NCBI RefSeq assembly: GCF_964355755.1
Contig: NC_092672.1
Span: forward strand, 868,001-932,000
DNA from: Antedon mediterranea
Lineage: Eukaryota; Animalia; Echinodermata
Length of the DNA: 64,000 nt
Direction: 5' to 3'
Part shown: piece after piece, positions 25,300 to 39,738 of the stretch
Numbering within the stretch: position 1 is the first letter of the stretch
How the letters are laid out: every line of letters starts with the position of its first letter
Position numbers and translations under genes: made by a program
Notes under the pieces: model-generated
Told to the model about the DNA's origin: nothing
Databases searched by the model: none
What the model saw: only the letters and a program-made list of their open reading frames with translations

Positions 25300-26640
25300 A
25301 ATGTCCATGGAGGACCGGCCTTTGGGTTAATTTGGGCATAAAGTCCCTTAATTACCGAAGGTGGTGCACAGGGAGATTTATTCTATAGACATATATTATG
25401 AACCCACATGTTCACCCCACGTACTATTTACAATACAGTAGGTCTATTGTAGCCCCAACATAGAGAACCCAAACAATCGACCCTTGGGTTCATTTGGGCA
25501 AATCCATAATATAAATGTTCTTCAAAGATCAAGGGTGCACATTTAGTTTCATTCCATATGGTTAAATCTGTTTACCCCATTCTAATTTCTAATACAGGGC
25601 CTTATGTAGCGGACCACATAGAGATCCCAAAAGGGTCCTTATAGGGTTCATATTTGGGTAAGTCCCTATGGGTTATTATAGAATTCTGTGTGTACAGGAA
25701 ACTTTTTTCTGTATGGGCCAGCCTATTGGGACCAAATGTTTGACCGATTTCGATTACAGAGCCGGTATGACCCATAGAGAACAGAAAAGATCTGATCCTA
25801 TATAAGGATCCCATGTGAGATTATTCGGAAAAACTTTATAGGTTTTTTCATGAAGAGAAGGTATCCTTTCCCCACCCCTACCACTTTGAATTAAAATCCA
25901 TAAATAGGCTCCTTGTACAGTATTTAAAAGGTCAATACACACAAAAGTTATTTTTCAAACATTATAATCCATTAGAGTGAATGTAAGTATCTATTATTAT
26001 TATAAACAACAATGTTCGCCTAGTATCAACTATTTTTTAAAATTTAGATGAAAGTGTGTCAAATGTTAATACACACAGAATACATGTTCCAGTCATTTTT
26101 TGAAAACATTTTTAATTATGACAAGTATAAACATATACATTGCGAACAATTTGACACCAAAACTGGCTCCCTCTACGACAAATATTTATTATTTATATTA
26201 TCAAAGAAAATTAATTTATTTCAAAGGTCAATAACCCCACTTCTGGTCATTTTCAAGTAAGATCCTCTTTTAAACTGAATATAAACATATATCTTGGGAA
26301 CAATTTGCACCTAGTTTTAATTCTCTCCGACCTGCCGTTACTTAGATATGACGAAGAGAGATCAAAGGTCAAAATTGCTAAAAATGGGGTTTCCGGTCAA
26401 TTTTACATTCTGTTAGAGCTAATATAACCATATACATTGTGAACAATTTGACACCAATATTAACTCAATATGTCTAGTAATTCCAGAGATATAGCATGTT
26501 TGCATGAAAATAGCGGCCATTTTGTTTATGCTAATTACGCAAATTGCTCAATGCAATGCAGTAAAAAAATTCTTCATTCTGATGATATCGAGAATCAAAA
26601 TCCATAAAAAAAAACTATAAAAAACATTGCAAGGTTAAAC
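25300..26640. repeat. Degenerate interspersed repeat with internal ~150-190-bp subrepeats, probably a decayed DNA transposon; duplicated at ~39500-43050
   Basis: Recurrent GGGTTCATTTGGGC and ACATATACATTG..AACAATTTGACACC motifs; termini not resolved. Confidence 0.45.
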
Positions 26641-28265
26641 CCCTTGGCTGACTGGTTCTTGGGAAGCTCTCGCCTCGTACATCCTGGCGTTCTAAATTGC
26701 CATTTATCTGCCAATGCATATGTTGCTGAATGTGAAAGGCTTCGCAGTATCCGTCACCAACAGAGTAGTTAAAAACCTAATTGCAGATGCTGAATACAAA
26801 TATTTTAACAAATAAATGAACCCAACAGACTCATCCGTAGCAGAGAAGTACTTAGCTTAACTAAATAATATTTTGGACCTGGGGGGTTATCGTCTGCCAT
26901 GACGGGATTGGGCCATATAGTAGATATTAATTGTGTTTTATTTTTTCATATTTAGAGAGCATATTTATTTGAATATACATGTTACCACATTACACCCAAA
27001 CAATATATGCCTCCCCGAATAAACTCCTCCTCCTATACATGGAATCCAGGGATGTGATACTACATCCCACCTATCCGGTATAGGAGGGGTGCTTACAATG
27101 GAAAAGGTGTGCTTCTGTTAAACAAACTTCTCCTAAAAGGAAATTTGCATTGGTAGCTATATACTGTATAAAGGGAACTATGGAGACTTTGGACAATCTA
27201 AATTTTTGAAGGTTCTGTGAGAAATTAGCAAAAAGCAAAATTAATATAATAAATAAAATATATTCACCAACAACTAATGCTGCAACTATTTCCTTGATAC
27301 AGCAGTGGATACTCTTTAATGACGTGATATTTTTTTAATTTTTTTTATTTTATTCGGTATATAAAAATATATTACAAAACGACAGTCAAGGACTGAAATG
27401 AAATGTATTACAAATGACAAATGCTGATATGTGTCCACTGACGACGACACTACCACTGTTTGTGAAGAATGTCACGGCATCAGCACATGCTCAATTTCTA
27501 TCTATAGACAGAGGATGATAACCTGAAAATGAAAGTGAATGGATAAATAGATGGCAAGATTGTAGTTTATTGTTGTCACAGACTACAATGTAAATGAACT
27601 AAGTTTTAGTAGAGACAGTGGTCATATGCATTATAATGCATATGACTATGTTGTCTATTATTATAACTGTTCTGATATTTTGATACTTAAATTAATATGT
27701 ATATTGCAGTTGAAATGTTTTAAACTAAGAAATATAAAAGGCACTGTAAAAAAAAAATCAGGTGGTAGTGGTGTTTATTATCAGTCCGGTTGTATATGTA
27801 TTATGTTACTCTGTATTTTGCTATATTATCTGTGGAAATAAATGTTATTATTATTCGCCAACCAACAAAACGGACTGAATTCTGCTTTCGGGCACGCTCT
27901 CCAGACTGACCCCATATAAAAAATCTACGATCACTGCTTGATCCTTGCCGAAAAGGAGCCGCCCCCCGACCCCACCCTCCCTCCCTGCAAAATTCTAGGC
28001 TTTCGTGTTACATATTCATTCTGTATTTTCACGTGCTAGCTCATTCGTCTAATAACACGTGTACGTATTTAGTACGTCCTTATGCTAAAGGTTAATATGT
28101 AAAATGGAAATAGAAAGGAAATACATCTTGGTTTGTAAATTACGGTATATGAATAGAGTATCCTGATCAGGCGTTTATTGTATGCGTAGACGTCACGTGC
28201 TCCGTATTGCAAATTCTGACTATCTGTGTCACTTGGTCACATTCATTTCTTGGGGTTACGTCAAT

Positions 28266-30483
28266 ATGAACTTTCTCTTTTCATTTTGTGGAATCAACTT
28301 CCAAACTTGTATTATTGGAATTACAATTTTGTTGTTTCTTTTGTACATTACAAGGGATCTGCGTCGTAACCTGCTGCCAGGACCATGGGGATTCCCGGCC
28401 TTTGTATCATTTTATTCATGGGTAGTCAACCACAAAAGACACTGACACGTTATTCTAAGAAGTACCGTACAGTGTTTTCGGGTTATTTTAGAATCAGACT
28501 AGTGGTTTTCGTCAATGATTTCAAGTCCATGAAGCAGATGTTTGTTAAATCGGGAGACACTTTCAATAATCGTTCGAAACTTCTTGTCGTTGACGAAGCG
28601 TCTCACGGAAAAGGTAACGTATTGACTGTGCTTATCTTTATACAAAACAACAACTAAAAAGTTAAATGATCACCTTTACTATTGGCCTCACATTTTCTTA
28701 GACCACCATATTTTGGAAACTCATGTATTCTACTTTGACTCAAGGCGAGAAGCATACAGTATTCCTTCTTTGACTTGTGTATTTACCCAGCCGAAACAAT
28801 ATAATAATCTCATCATTATGATTACTTTTTAAGGACTAGCAAGTGGCTATTTGCATCTTCAGTTAAAAGAGAAAAGAAGGTTTACCATGAAAATATTTCG
28901 GAGTTTGGGAATAGGTAAATCAGAATTTGAAACTACTATTGTACACGAACTAGAATACCTGAAAAGTAAACTGTTAGAAGTTGCTGACACGTCAGTTGAA
29001 TACGATCCTAAACATATCATCGAGAACGCCGTTTCAAACATCATATGTGGAATAGTTTTTGGAAAACGTTACAAGTACGACGATCCAAAATTCAAACGAT
29101 TTATCAGTTTAATGTACGACAATTTTGAATTATTATCCCAGTCTGCAGTTCTGAACTTTCTACCGGTTTTCAAATTATATTCCTAGGAGCGGTTGGAAAA
29201 CGGTATTGACAAACTTTTATACGATTATGAATGAATTCATTAAAGTTGAATTGAAAGAGCATGCAGAAACCATTGACGTCAACAATCCACGTGACTTCAT
29301 TGATGAGTTTTTAAAAGCAAAATCTGAACTTGAGAGTGCTGGTGAGAATACTGATGCATTTGACGATGAATCGGCCGAACAAGTTGTTGTTGATCTTCTT
29401 TTCGCGGGAAGTGAACAACCGCAACATCTTTAAAATGGGCAATTCTTTACTTAGCTCTCTATCCAGAGATTCAGGCGAAGGTGTATGACGAAATTGAATT
29501 AATGTGCGGACAGACCAATCCTCCAACTTTGAAGGACCGATTGAAACTTGTGTACACTGAGGCCGAAGTGATGATGGAGGTGAGGTGATCCGTATTCGAC
29601 CCGTTGCTCCATTAGGTAAATCATCGTCCAATTATGATCGGCGCATCCATAGGCTACTGTATGTGTCTAAATCTAGTAATAGTAAACAAAACAGTAATGA
29701 CCAATTTCACAATTTATACCGGTGGTTTTAATTCATCATTAATAACAAGGCCACATACATGGCTGCAGTCGAGTGTGAATATTTGAGTTGTGTTTACCGA
29801 CCGACAGACAAAGTGAGCTATAGATTTTCTATGTGTATTGACACTTTTTTACATTAATATTTCCTTGCACAGGTGTGCCACATGCTGTTCTGCACGATAC
29901 GTACTACGAGGGGCATTTTATACCAAAAGGTACAACCGTTATACAAAATATTTGGGCAGTGATGCATGACCAAACCACTTGGCAGGAACCAGACAAATTT
30001 AAACCAGAAAGATTTATCGATGAAAAATGTAATCTCATTAAAAGTGAGGAGTTAATTCCATTTTCTATTGGTAGGTATTGAACATAAAGATTACCAAGGC
30101 CTAATGATACATGATAAAATTGATAATCAAACATTTATATAGAGCCAATTAAACAAAAAAATGATCAAAAATAAACATATGATAATTGATGATATATGAT
30201 ACTGATAATGATACATGATAATAATAATAAAGATTTCTAATCCTTCTCTAACGCACCCAAAAGTACCCAAGACGCTTTTTATACCGCCACATGACGGAGC
30301 TTACTCAATCCAATTTCCAATCTAAATGTTTTCGATGCCGTAAATTAGTGTAAAGTGTATCAATTATTATTTAAATTTTATATTATTCTGTCTTTTGCAT
30401 TTTTATTTCCTAATAGGTCGTCGTGCCTGTCCAGGGGAACAATTAGCAGGCAAGGAACTATATTTGTTTTTCTCACATTTAGT
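28266..30483 (+). pseudogene. CYP copy B pseudogene (exons 28266-28613, 28834-29615, 29873-30070, 30417-30483 truncated)
   Basis: Frameshifts at ~28390, ~29175, ~29413 and indels at ~29560-29590; exon 4 is broken and fused to exon-2 sequence. Confidence 0.92.
29745..29828 (+). mobile_element. Short Helentron/HINE-like interspersed repeat; related copy at 55681-55790
   Basis: aacaaggccacatacatggctgc...gtgtttaccgaccgac...gtgagctatag occurs twice, with an internal (accg/acca) microsatellite. Confidence 0.55.
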
Positions 30484-33400
30484 GAAAATATTTCGGAGTT
30501 TGGGAATAGGTAAATCAGAATTTAAAACTACTATTGTACACGAACTAGAATACCTGAAAAGTAAACTGATAGAAGTAGCTTATACGTCAGTTGCATACGA
30601 CCCTAAACATATCATTGAAAACGCCGTTTCAAACATCACATGTGGAATCGTCTTTGGAAAACGTTACAAGTACGACGATCCAAAATTCAAACGATTTCTC
30701 AGTTTAATGTACGAAAATTTTGAATTATTATCCCAGTCTGCAGTTATGAACTTTCTACCGGTTTTCAAATATATTCCTAGGAGCGGTTGGAAAACGGTAT
30801 TGACAAACTTTTATACGACTAGATGGTACGCTCGCTTCGCTCGCGTACCATCTAGGTCGTGCCCACAGATGGTTCTCGAATACACAGTAATTTCAGCGTT
30901 AAAAAACTGGCGATTTCAAATGTACAATAATGCAGGACAATAATATATGTCGTTTACAGGAACGATTAAATAGACACTGTGATTTATGTACTCAACTAAA
31001 ATTAGCACACTGGGAATTACTTCCGAAAGAGAAAGTTGTCACAAAATGAGACCAATTGTTTAAGTCAAATTTAAACAAACTTAATTTGTGTTTTGTATGT
31101 AACATTATGGTTGAGAGATGGGGAAGAGGATGGGTGCAAAGAGGAACAATTTTAAAATATATTCTTTATTTTGTAACGAAATATTAATTAACATGTTTTA
31201 CAAATAATATACCACTAAACACAGTAAAACATTGCGATGTAATACTTTGTTGAAACTATCACCGTTGTAGTCGATTGAAATAGTACAGTACATACACTAC
31301 GACGTATGTTTATATATAATGTTAAACAATTTGTGAAAACCACCTCTATTCGGGGCAAATCATAAATTCGATTTAATCGGTAATAAATATTAAATTACGG
31401 CGACTGAAAACGCTAGCTCATTATCCGTTTAAAAAAAAATTATATCCAACCTCTGCAGCACAGATTGAAAAAAAAAATGGATCGAATTTCTGTTATGAGT
31501 ATACAGTACTTTCCTTTACGACGCCTGAGGGAATAGAGACTTGTGGAACGACACAGAGATTGGACTGTTCCATTCATCGCAAATCAATACATTTGTATAA
31601 ACGTATATTAAATCTATCAAAATAGTATTTTTTTAAGAAAATCGGCCTGTCTTCAACATTATGATGCTGTACTCGAGCTGTTCAATCGGTTTTCAGCTAT
31701 TAAAAACAATTATCGTAGGAGGAGATAGGAAAATGCGAAGCATCCTCGCATTATTGTCTGTGGGTATTTTTCAAGTTGGATATCCATTAGACAGTGCATA
31801 CCACGACCACGAAACACCCCTATTTGGGGCAAATCGTTGAACCTAAATTCGTTTTAATCGTCAATAACTAATTATCTAACTCAATTTAATTAGTAAACAT
31901 AGTTACATCAGATGGTTAAAATCAGTACCGAAAGTACGAACCAACATTATATACCATCGAGTAAAAATTATAGAAATAAACCGCGATTTATCGAATTTTG
32001 CCCTTACGTAAATTTATATATAGATTATGAATGAATTTATTAAAGTTGAATTGAAAGAGCATACAGAAACCATTGACGTCCACAATCCACGTGATTTCAT
32101 CGATGAGTTTTTAAAAGCAAAATCTGAACTGGAAAACGCTGGTGAGAATACTGATGCATTTGACGATGAATCGGCCGAACAAGTTGTTGTTGATCTTTTT
32201 TTCGCAGGAACTGAAACAACCGCAACATCTTTAAAATGGGCAATTCTGTACTTAGCTCTCTATCCAGAGATTCAGGCGAAGGTGATGTCAGTATGTGGAC
32301 AGACCGACCCTCTAACATATAAAGACCGACCGAAACTTGTTTACACTGAGGCAGTGATGATGGAAGTGACCCGTATCCGACCCGTTACTCAATTAGGTAA
32401 ATCATCGTCTGATTATCTGCGCATCCATAGGCTATACTGTAATGTTTCTGAGTCTAGTAATAGTAAAAAAAAAATAACATGACCAATTGGACAATTTATA
32501 TACCTGTTATTTTCATTCATCGTTCATAAAAAATATAAAGTCTAGAAATTAATTACAGCCTAGTCTTAAATTATCGTTTTGAAATACTATTATTTTTAAT
32601 GTGTATTGACATTTTTTACATTAATGTTTCCAACAGGTGTACCGCATGCTGTTCTGCACGATACGTACTACGAGGGGCATTTTATACCAAAAGGTACAAC
32701 CGTTATACAAAATATTTGGGCAGTGATGCATGACCAAACCACTTGGCAAGAACCAGACAAATTTAAACCAGAAAGATTTATCGATGAAAAATGTAATCTC
32801 ATTAAAAGTGAGGAGTTAATTCCATTTTCTATTGGTAGGTATTCAACATCAAGTTTATCAAAAGTAGGCCTAATGGTACATGATACATGATAAAGATGTA
32901 TTGTCTCCCTGTAAAATAATGTTTACAATTTTTGTTGTTGAATATACCATTTTAATGTTACGTAACTATCCACTTTGACAAAAAATTTGATCTAAACAAA
33001 ACTTATTTACCTGAAAAAACTGTAATTTAAAGCAAAACAAAATGGCCAAATTGGCTGCCAGCCAATGGATTGGTTGAATTTAACCATTTATTATGTTATT
33101 TTATAAATATAAACATTATTTTTTTGTTTTTTTTTCTATGGAAGTGATTAACTTTATTAAAACTACAAAAATAACCTACTAACGTCTGATTTAATAACCT
33201 GATCTAATAATTCATTTTAGAGGACAATAGATCTTTAATAATCAAACATTCATATAGCGCCAATTAAAAAAATGATAAAAAAAAGATGTTAATCAAAAAT
33301 GATAATTCATGATGATACATGACACTAATAATGATACATGATAATAATAAAGATGTCTAATCTAAAATTACCCAAGGCGATTTTAATAGCTCCACATGAC

Positions 33401-33670
33401 GAAGCTTACTCAATCCAATTCCAATCTAATTTAACAGTGTATCAATCATTATTTAAATTGTATATTATTCTGTCTTTTGCATTTTTATTTCCTAATAGGT
33501 CGCCGTGCCTGTCCAGGGGAGCAATTAGCCCGCATGGAAATGTATCTGTTTTTCACACATTTAATTTATCAGTTCAAGTTTGAATTACCTCCAAACAAGC
33601 CGAAACCAACAACAAAACCACATGTTGGATTAACGTTATCTGATAACTGATAATCACCAACAGAAATTAA
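30483..33670 (+). pseudogene. CYP copy C pseudogene: 5'-truncated, exon 2 split by a Helitron (30483-30818, 32025-32396), exon 3 32637-32834, exon 4 33499-33670
   Basis: No exon 1; Helitron insertion; 12-bp deletion near 32284; deletion near 33640 in exon 4. Confidence 0.92.
30819..32024 (-). mobile_element. Non-autonomous Helitron inserted in CYP exon 2
   Basis: Empty site in paralogs is TATACGA|TTATGA. Minus-strand 5' TCTATATATAAATTTACG; 3' hairpin CTAGATGGTACGCgagcgaagcgaGCGTACCATCTAG ending in CTAG; no TSD. Confidence 0.93.
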
Positions 33671-35480
33671 ATTTTAATAATTGATAATCAGCAAAATATG
33701 ATCATTTAGGTTACAGTTGAAAAATTGTTATACTTTATAAGTACACTATACACTATACGATATAGTATACTATACACTATACGATATAGTGATAATAAAG
33801 TTATCGGTTATGTTCTATAACATATATATCAGGATGTAGTATATCAGGATGTAGTAAATTAGTTCTTTACATTTATATATTTCTCCGTCATGTGAATTTA
33901 CTAGACTCAACAATAATGTACTTAATTTTCCATAGATGAAATCTAGGTCAAGAGAAATGACGACATCTATAAACAAAGTGGACATTGGTTGTCTCCATTA
34001 AAATGTCTTTGGTCACTGATGTCGATACCAACTCTATCCCGAAATTCCCTCAATCAAAATAATACAGGTGCAAATGAATCGATGGTCGTCTCCAATGAAC
34101 TGTCTTTCGTCTGCGTAAAATGGTTCGATACCAGCTCTATTATTCCTAATCAAAATAGGCCTAATATAGGAAGATGGAAACCATCGCATCTTTGTACGCA
34201 TTTGTGATTATAGATACAAATACAATTTTATTCAACTACTTTATTTGAACATTTTTATTTCCGTTTAATCAATTTGTATTAAAATATCAACTTTTCAATC
34301 TAGAGATCATGCTAAAGTTGTTTGCAAAATTGAGAGAGTAGACCACCAGTGCATTAAATTTCCTAAAACATTGTTTCGCATTGTCAGTTTTAAGTAACTA
34401 GTTCTTAATATATGTTTCAATAACTTGTTAGGAGTTCGAAACAAGAGCTTGTATACTTTTTGACTATAACTATTATTGTTGTAACGCTTATTATAAAACA
34501 CGTTTTTTATCACTTCTCTCCAACAAAAAATGTGAGTACTTTGACGTTCATTTACACACGCTCAAAGTTTGCAAGTCGGATTGTTTTACACATACTGGAG
34601 TTGACTAACACTAGGGGACTTGTTGTTGCCCGAATACCATCACGTGTGTTGTTGATGACTTGATAGCTATTCGGGTAATAGTTTTATATGGGTATTATAA
34701 GTTTATATATATACTGCGTTTGTACTTCGATAACCAAAGAATAAGGGGACACGATATTGATAATTAATGTGATACCCAGACAAACATCTTTTTTTTGTTG
34801 TAATGTCAACATATGTTCATACCCTATATGTACATACCCTCTCATGGAGTTAAATAAACTTTTGTACTTTGTAGCTCAATATCACACCCCTTGAACATTA
34901 TCATTGTTTCTCCAACTCGAGTTGATAAACCCGGATCGAGGACTCGAGTTCGGCGCCCTGGTGTGTTTTGACTTCTCTAAAATTTAACTCGGTGTTTGGA
35001 TGTGATAGAGTAAAAAGGTAATAGTACGAATTGCTTTGAAACAGCATAGCGCTCCGATTATGGGACGCAGAGTAGAACAGTTAGGTTCTATACTGCATTT
35101 CGACTTAATATTTTTTAAACAATTTTGGCACACATAGCGTTTCATAGGTATAATCTTGAGCTCGAAATACAATTTATTTGTTATTTTTAGGGATCTTACG
35201 ACACAAATATTTCTACTTCTAATTTGATTCATAAATTCTTTTTCATTTCTGTTTAAAGACTTTCTTTTTTTAAATATGTTGAAGAATTAATATATATCGC
35301 CAATAAATATCATAGTTTATGATACGAAATCAACCAATCAAATTTCACGGATACACTCAGAGAAGTGTTATATAAAACACATACGTCACATCCTCCGCAT
35401 TGCTAAGTTGTTGATTGTTGACTTCATTCACTGTTATCACTTGTTACAGCATTCAGCATTTCTAGGGGGTTACGTCAAAC

Positions 35481-37617
35481 ATGCAGTTTCATTACGACGA
35501 CTTATTTTCTAGAATCAACTTCCAAACATGTATTATTGGAATTACAATGTTGTTGTTTCTTGTGTATATTACAAGGGATCTACGTCGTAATCTGCTACCG
35601 GGACCATGGGGGGTTCCCGTCCTTGGTATAATGCCGTTTTTGGGAAGCCAACCACAAAAGACACTGATGAGATATTCTCGCAAGTATGGTCCAGTGTTTT
35701 CAGGATATCTTGGCAGCAGACTGGTGGTTTTCGTCAATGATTACAAGACAATTAGGCAAATGTTTGCTAAATCGGGAGATATATTTAATGATCGTTCGAA
35801 ACAACTTCTTTTGATGGACGAAATAGGTCACGGAAAAGGTAACTAATAACAGAGATCATGCTTTAATTGGTATTTTGTTTTTTTAAAGCTGTTTTATGTA
35901 TTTGTTTTGTGATGTTAGTCGCCTTGCTAAAAGCGACATAGATTTTATTAAGCATAAGGTCATGTAATATCAGATTATCATCCTTAAATTTGTTTTGTTT
36001 TTGCCCAAAAACGAACTAATAATCTCATAATTTGTATTTACTTTAGGATTGGTAAATGGGTATTTGCATCTCCAATTAAAAGAAAAAAGAAGATTTCTCA
36101 TAAAAACATTTCGAAGTTTCGGGATGGGTAAATCAACTTTTGAAAATACAATTGTACACGAACTAGAATACCTGAAAAGTAAACTGATAGAAGTAGCTGA
36201 TACGTCAGTTGCCTACGACCCTAAACATATCATTGCAAACGCCGTTTCAAACATCACATGTGGAATAGTTTTCGGAAATCGTTACAAGTACGACGATCCA
36301 AAGTTCAAACGATTTCTAAGGAAAATGGACGCACTTTTTGAAGCGATAAGCCTGTCAACTGGTCTGAACTTTCTACCAATCTTAAGATATATTCCCGTGA
36401 GCGGTTGGAAAACGGCAATAAAAAACATTGATACGATTATGAATGAATTAATTAAAGTTGAATTGAAAGAGCATACAGAAACCATTGACTTCAACAATCC
36501 ACGTGACTTCATCGATGAGTTTTTAAAAGCAAAATCTGAACTTGAAAACGCTGACGAGAATACTGACGCATTTGACAATGAATCGGCCGAACAGATTGTT
36601 CTGGAACTTTTTATCGGTGGAACTGAAACAACCGCATCAACTTTAAAATGGGCAATTCTGTACTTAGCTCTTAATCCTGACATCCAGGCTAAGGTGTATG
36701 ACGAAATTGAATCAGTGTGCGGACAGACCAATCCTCCAACTTTGAAAGACCGACCGAAACTTGTGTACACTGAGGCAGTGATGATGGAAGTGACCCGTAT
36801 CCGACCCGTTGCTCCATTAGGTAAATAATAATCGTTTTGTATTGTACCTGAACATTTATTCTTATTAATTGGGTATCAGTACCACAGTATATTTAAGGTC
36901 AACATTAGATATTTCATATCATGCATGTTTTAATGTAAACGTTGAAATTAATATATAAATACTTTATTGCAATTTATAGAACAAAAATGTGAAATACGAA
37001 TTGAAGTTGAACAATTCAGCAAATTAGGAAAAATTAAGAATAATAATAAGAATAATATAAGTTATAAACATGGGAAATAATAATAATAAATAAATTTACA
37101 CACACTGTTTTATATACAGGTCTCCCCCATGCTGTTCTACACGATACGTACTATGAGGGGCATTTTATACCAAAAGGTACAACCGTTATACAAAATTTAT
37201 GGGCAGTGATGCATGACCAAACCACATGGCATGAACCAGAGAAATTTAAACCAGAACGATTTATTGATGAAAAAAGTAATCTAATCAAAATTGAACAGTT
37301 AATCCCATTCTCAGTTGGTAGGTTATTTCTTTTCAGTACCTAAAATGTGTAAGCCTAGTTTTAGAACTATAATAGAAGAAATCTCTTTTATTAGTCTGCT
37401 GCAGACAAGTATAACTAATATGATTTTTGTTATAGGTCGCCGTTCATGCCCAGGAGAGCAATTAGCACGTATAAATCTGTATTTGTTCTTCACACACTTA
37501 GTTCATCAGTTCAAGTTTGAATTACCTCCAGACAAGCCGAGACCAACAACAGAACCACATGTTGGAGCAACCTTATCTCCCAAGCCATATCAACTGATAA
37601 TCACCAACAGAAATTAA
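35481..37617 (+). CDS. Cytochrome P450 copy D (chimeric: F-type 5' end, A-type body). Exons 35481-35838, 36047-36820, 37120-37317, 37436-37617
   Basis: GGTETT, EVTR, FKPERF, PFSVGRRSCPG; intact frames and splice sites. Confidence 0.94.
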
Positions 37618-37834
37618 ATCAAGATTAAGCAACTGAAATTATAACCCACCTGAGTAGATTCTTTTCATTTGATTGGAATGACGTTATCACCCAAGCCATA
37701 TCAACTGATAATCACAAATCAAAATTAGATTGTAATAATAATAATAATAATAATAATATTCCAACTAGCAGTGACCTTAATATGTAGTTTTAAACTAATT
37801 CTCATGGGATGAGTAAGTAAAAACTGGTGTATTA

Positions 37835-38974
37835 TCTATATATAAATTTACGTAAGGGTAAAATTCGGTAAATCGCGCGTTATTTTTAGAATGTTTACTC
37901 GATGGTATATATAAAGTTGGTTAGAATCTCGGTAAAACGAATTTTAATTATTTAGGTTCAACGATTTGCCCCAAATAGGTGTATTTTCCGATCGTGGTAT
38001 ACACTGTCTAATAGATGGCCTCTTGAAAAATACCTGTACACAATAATACGAGGATGCTTCGCATTTTCCTATCTCCTCTTACGATAATTGTTTTCAATAG
38101 CTGAAAACCGGTTGAACAGCTCGAGTACAGTATCATAATGTTGAAGACAGGCCGATTTTCTTTAAAAAATACTATTTTGATAGATTTAATATACGTTTAT
38201 ACAAATGTATTGATTTGCGATGAATGAAACATTCAAATCCCTCAGACTCCCAGTTTGTAGGTAAATTTATGAGCCCTTGGTTTAACACAAGTAGTTAAAT
38301 TTGGAGAATAAACTTAAAACTGAGATGCAATACTTTGACAATATTGTAAATACGTATTAACCATTTTTGGTCGCCATTTGAATCGAAATTTTCTTAATGT
38401 GAATGTGGTTACTGTTAGAAATATAAACACATACAAAGAACATTTATTACTGTGATTGTGGGTAGGCTCTACTGCTGGATATATAAACACATAATATACA
38501 AATAAAAACTGTATTACTGACAGCTGCTTCTCAACGTTTGTATTAATTAATAATTATAAAAAAATCTAAACGTCGTAGTGGTGTCTCGTTACATGTACTT
38601 TACTATTTCAATCGACTATAACAGGGACAGTTTTAAAAAAGTATTAAATCGTAAATGTTTACTATGTTTAGTGGTATATTATTGATAGGCCTATAAAACA
38701 TTTAAAACAATATTTCGTTACTGAGTGGATAGAGAATATATTTAAAAATTGTTCTTCCCATCTTCTTCCCCATCCCTCAACTCTAATGTTATATACAAAA
38801 CACAAATTGGGTTTGTTTAAATGAGACTCATTTTTAAGACAAATTTCTCCTTCGGAAAACGACAATGTACTATAGTCCTGCGGTACGTACATTTGAAATC
38901 GCCAGTTTTTTTACGCTGAAATTACTGTGTATTCGAAAACCATCTGTGGACACTACCTAGATGTAGAGATCTAG
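37835..38974 (+). mobile_element. Non-autonomous Helitron (segmental duplicate of 22677-23970)
   Basis: A|TCTATATATAAA...GAGATCTAG|T with the same flanks as the first copy. Confidence 0.88.
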
Positions 38975-39738
38975 TTTATAGAATAAATAAATAAATCGAA
39001 TAGTAATTGTGATGGTAAGTTGTTTTTTATTTTGATTTTTTTGCTTTAAGCGGTGAAACCTATTATTTCCACATTTCGAAAATGTTCAATGTAAAAACAC
39101 CAGAAGAATTCAAATAAAAAATAGTATCATTAGCAATATGGAATGGAATATATTTAATTCTTTGAATAGAATATATATTTATCAAACAATAGATGTAAAA
39201 ATAAATCATTAAAAACACCTTATTGTAAATATAATTATAATATAAAATTAATTACTAAAATGACAACATATGGAAGGATAACAAAAACAAAATCACAATT
39301 TTATTAATAAGCGACTTCGATAACTCTAGAGGGCGCCTTTTTAGTCCAGCGCGACGATGTAAATTTATAATCATCGCGCTGGCCTAGAGAGGCCTAGATG
39401 GATCGCGACGACTCATGTAAATTTATATCATCGCGCTGGCCTGCGATGATAAGTTAATGCGTCATAGAACCTTTATAAATATAAATCAACTAAATGACAT
39501 AGTGAATGTCCATGGAGGACCGGCCTTTGGGTTAATTTGGGCATTGAATGTCCCTTAATTACCGAAGGTGGTGCACGGGGAGATTTATTCTATGGACATA
39601 TAATAATATTATGAACCCACATGTTCACCCCACATACTATTTACAATACAGTAGGTCTATTGTAGCCCCAACATAGAGAACCCAAACAATCGACCCTTGG
39701 GTTCATTTGGGCAAATCCATAATATAAATGTTCTTTAA

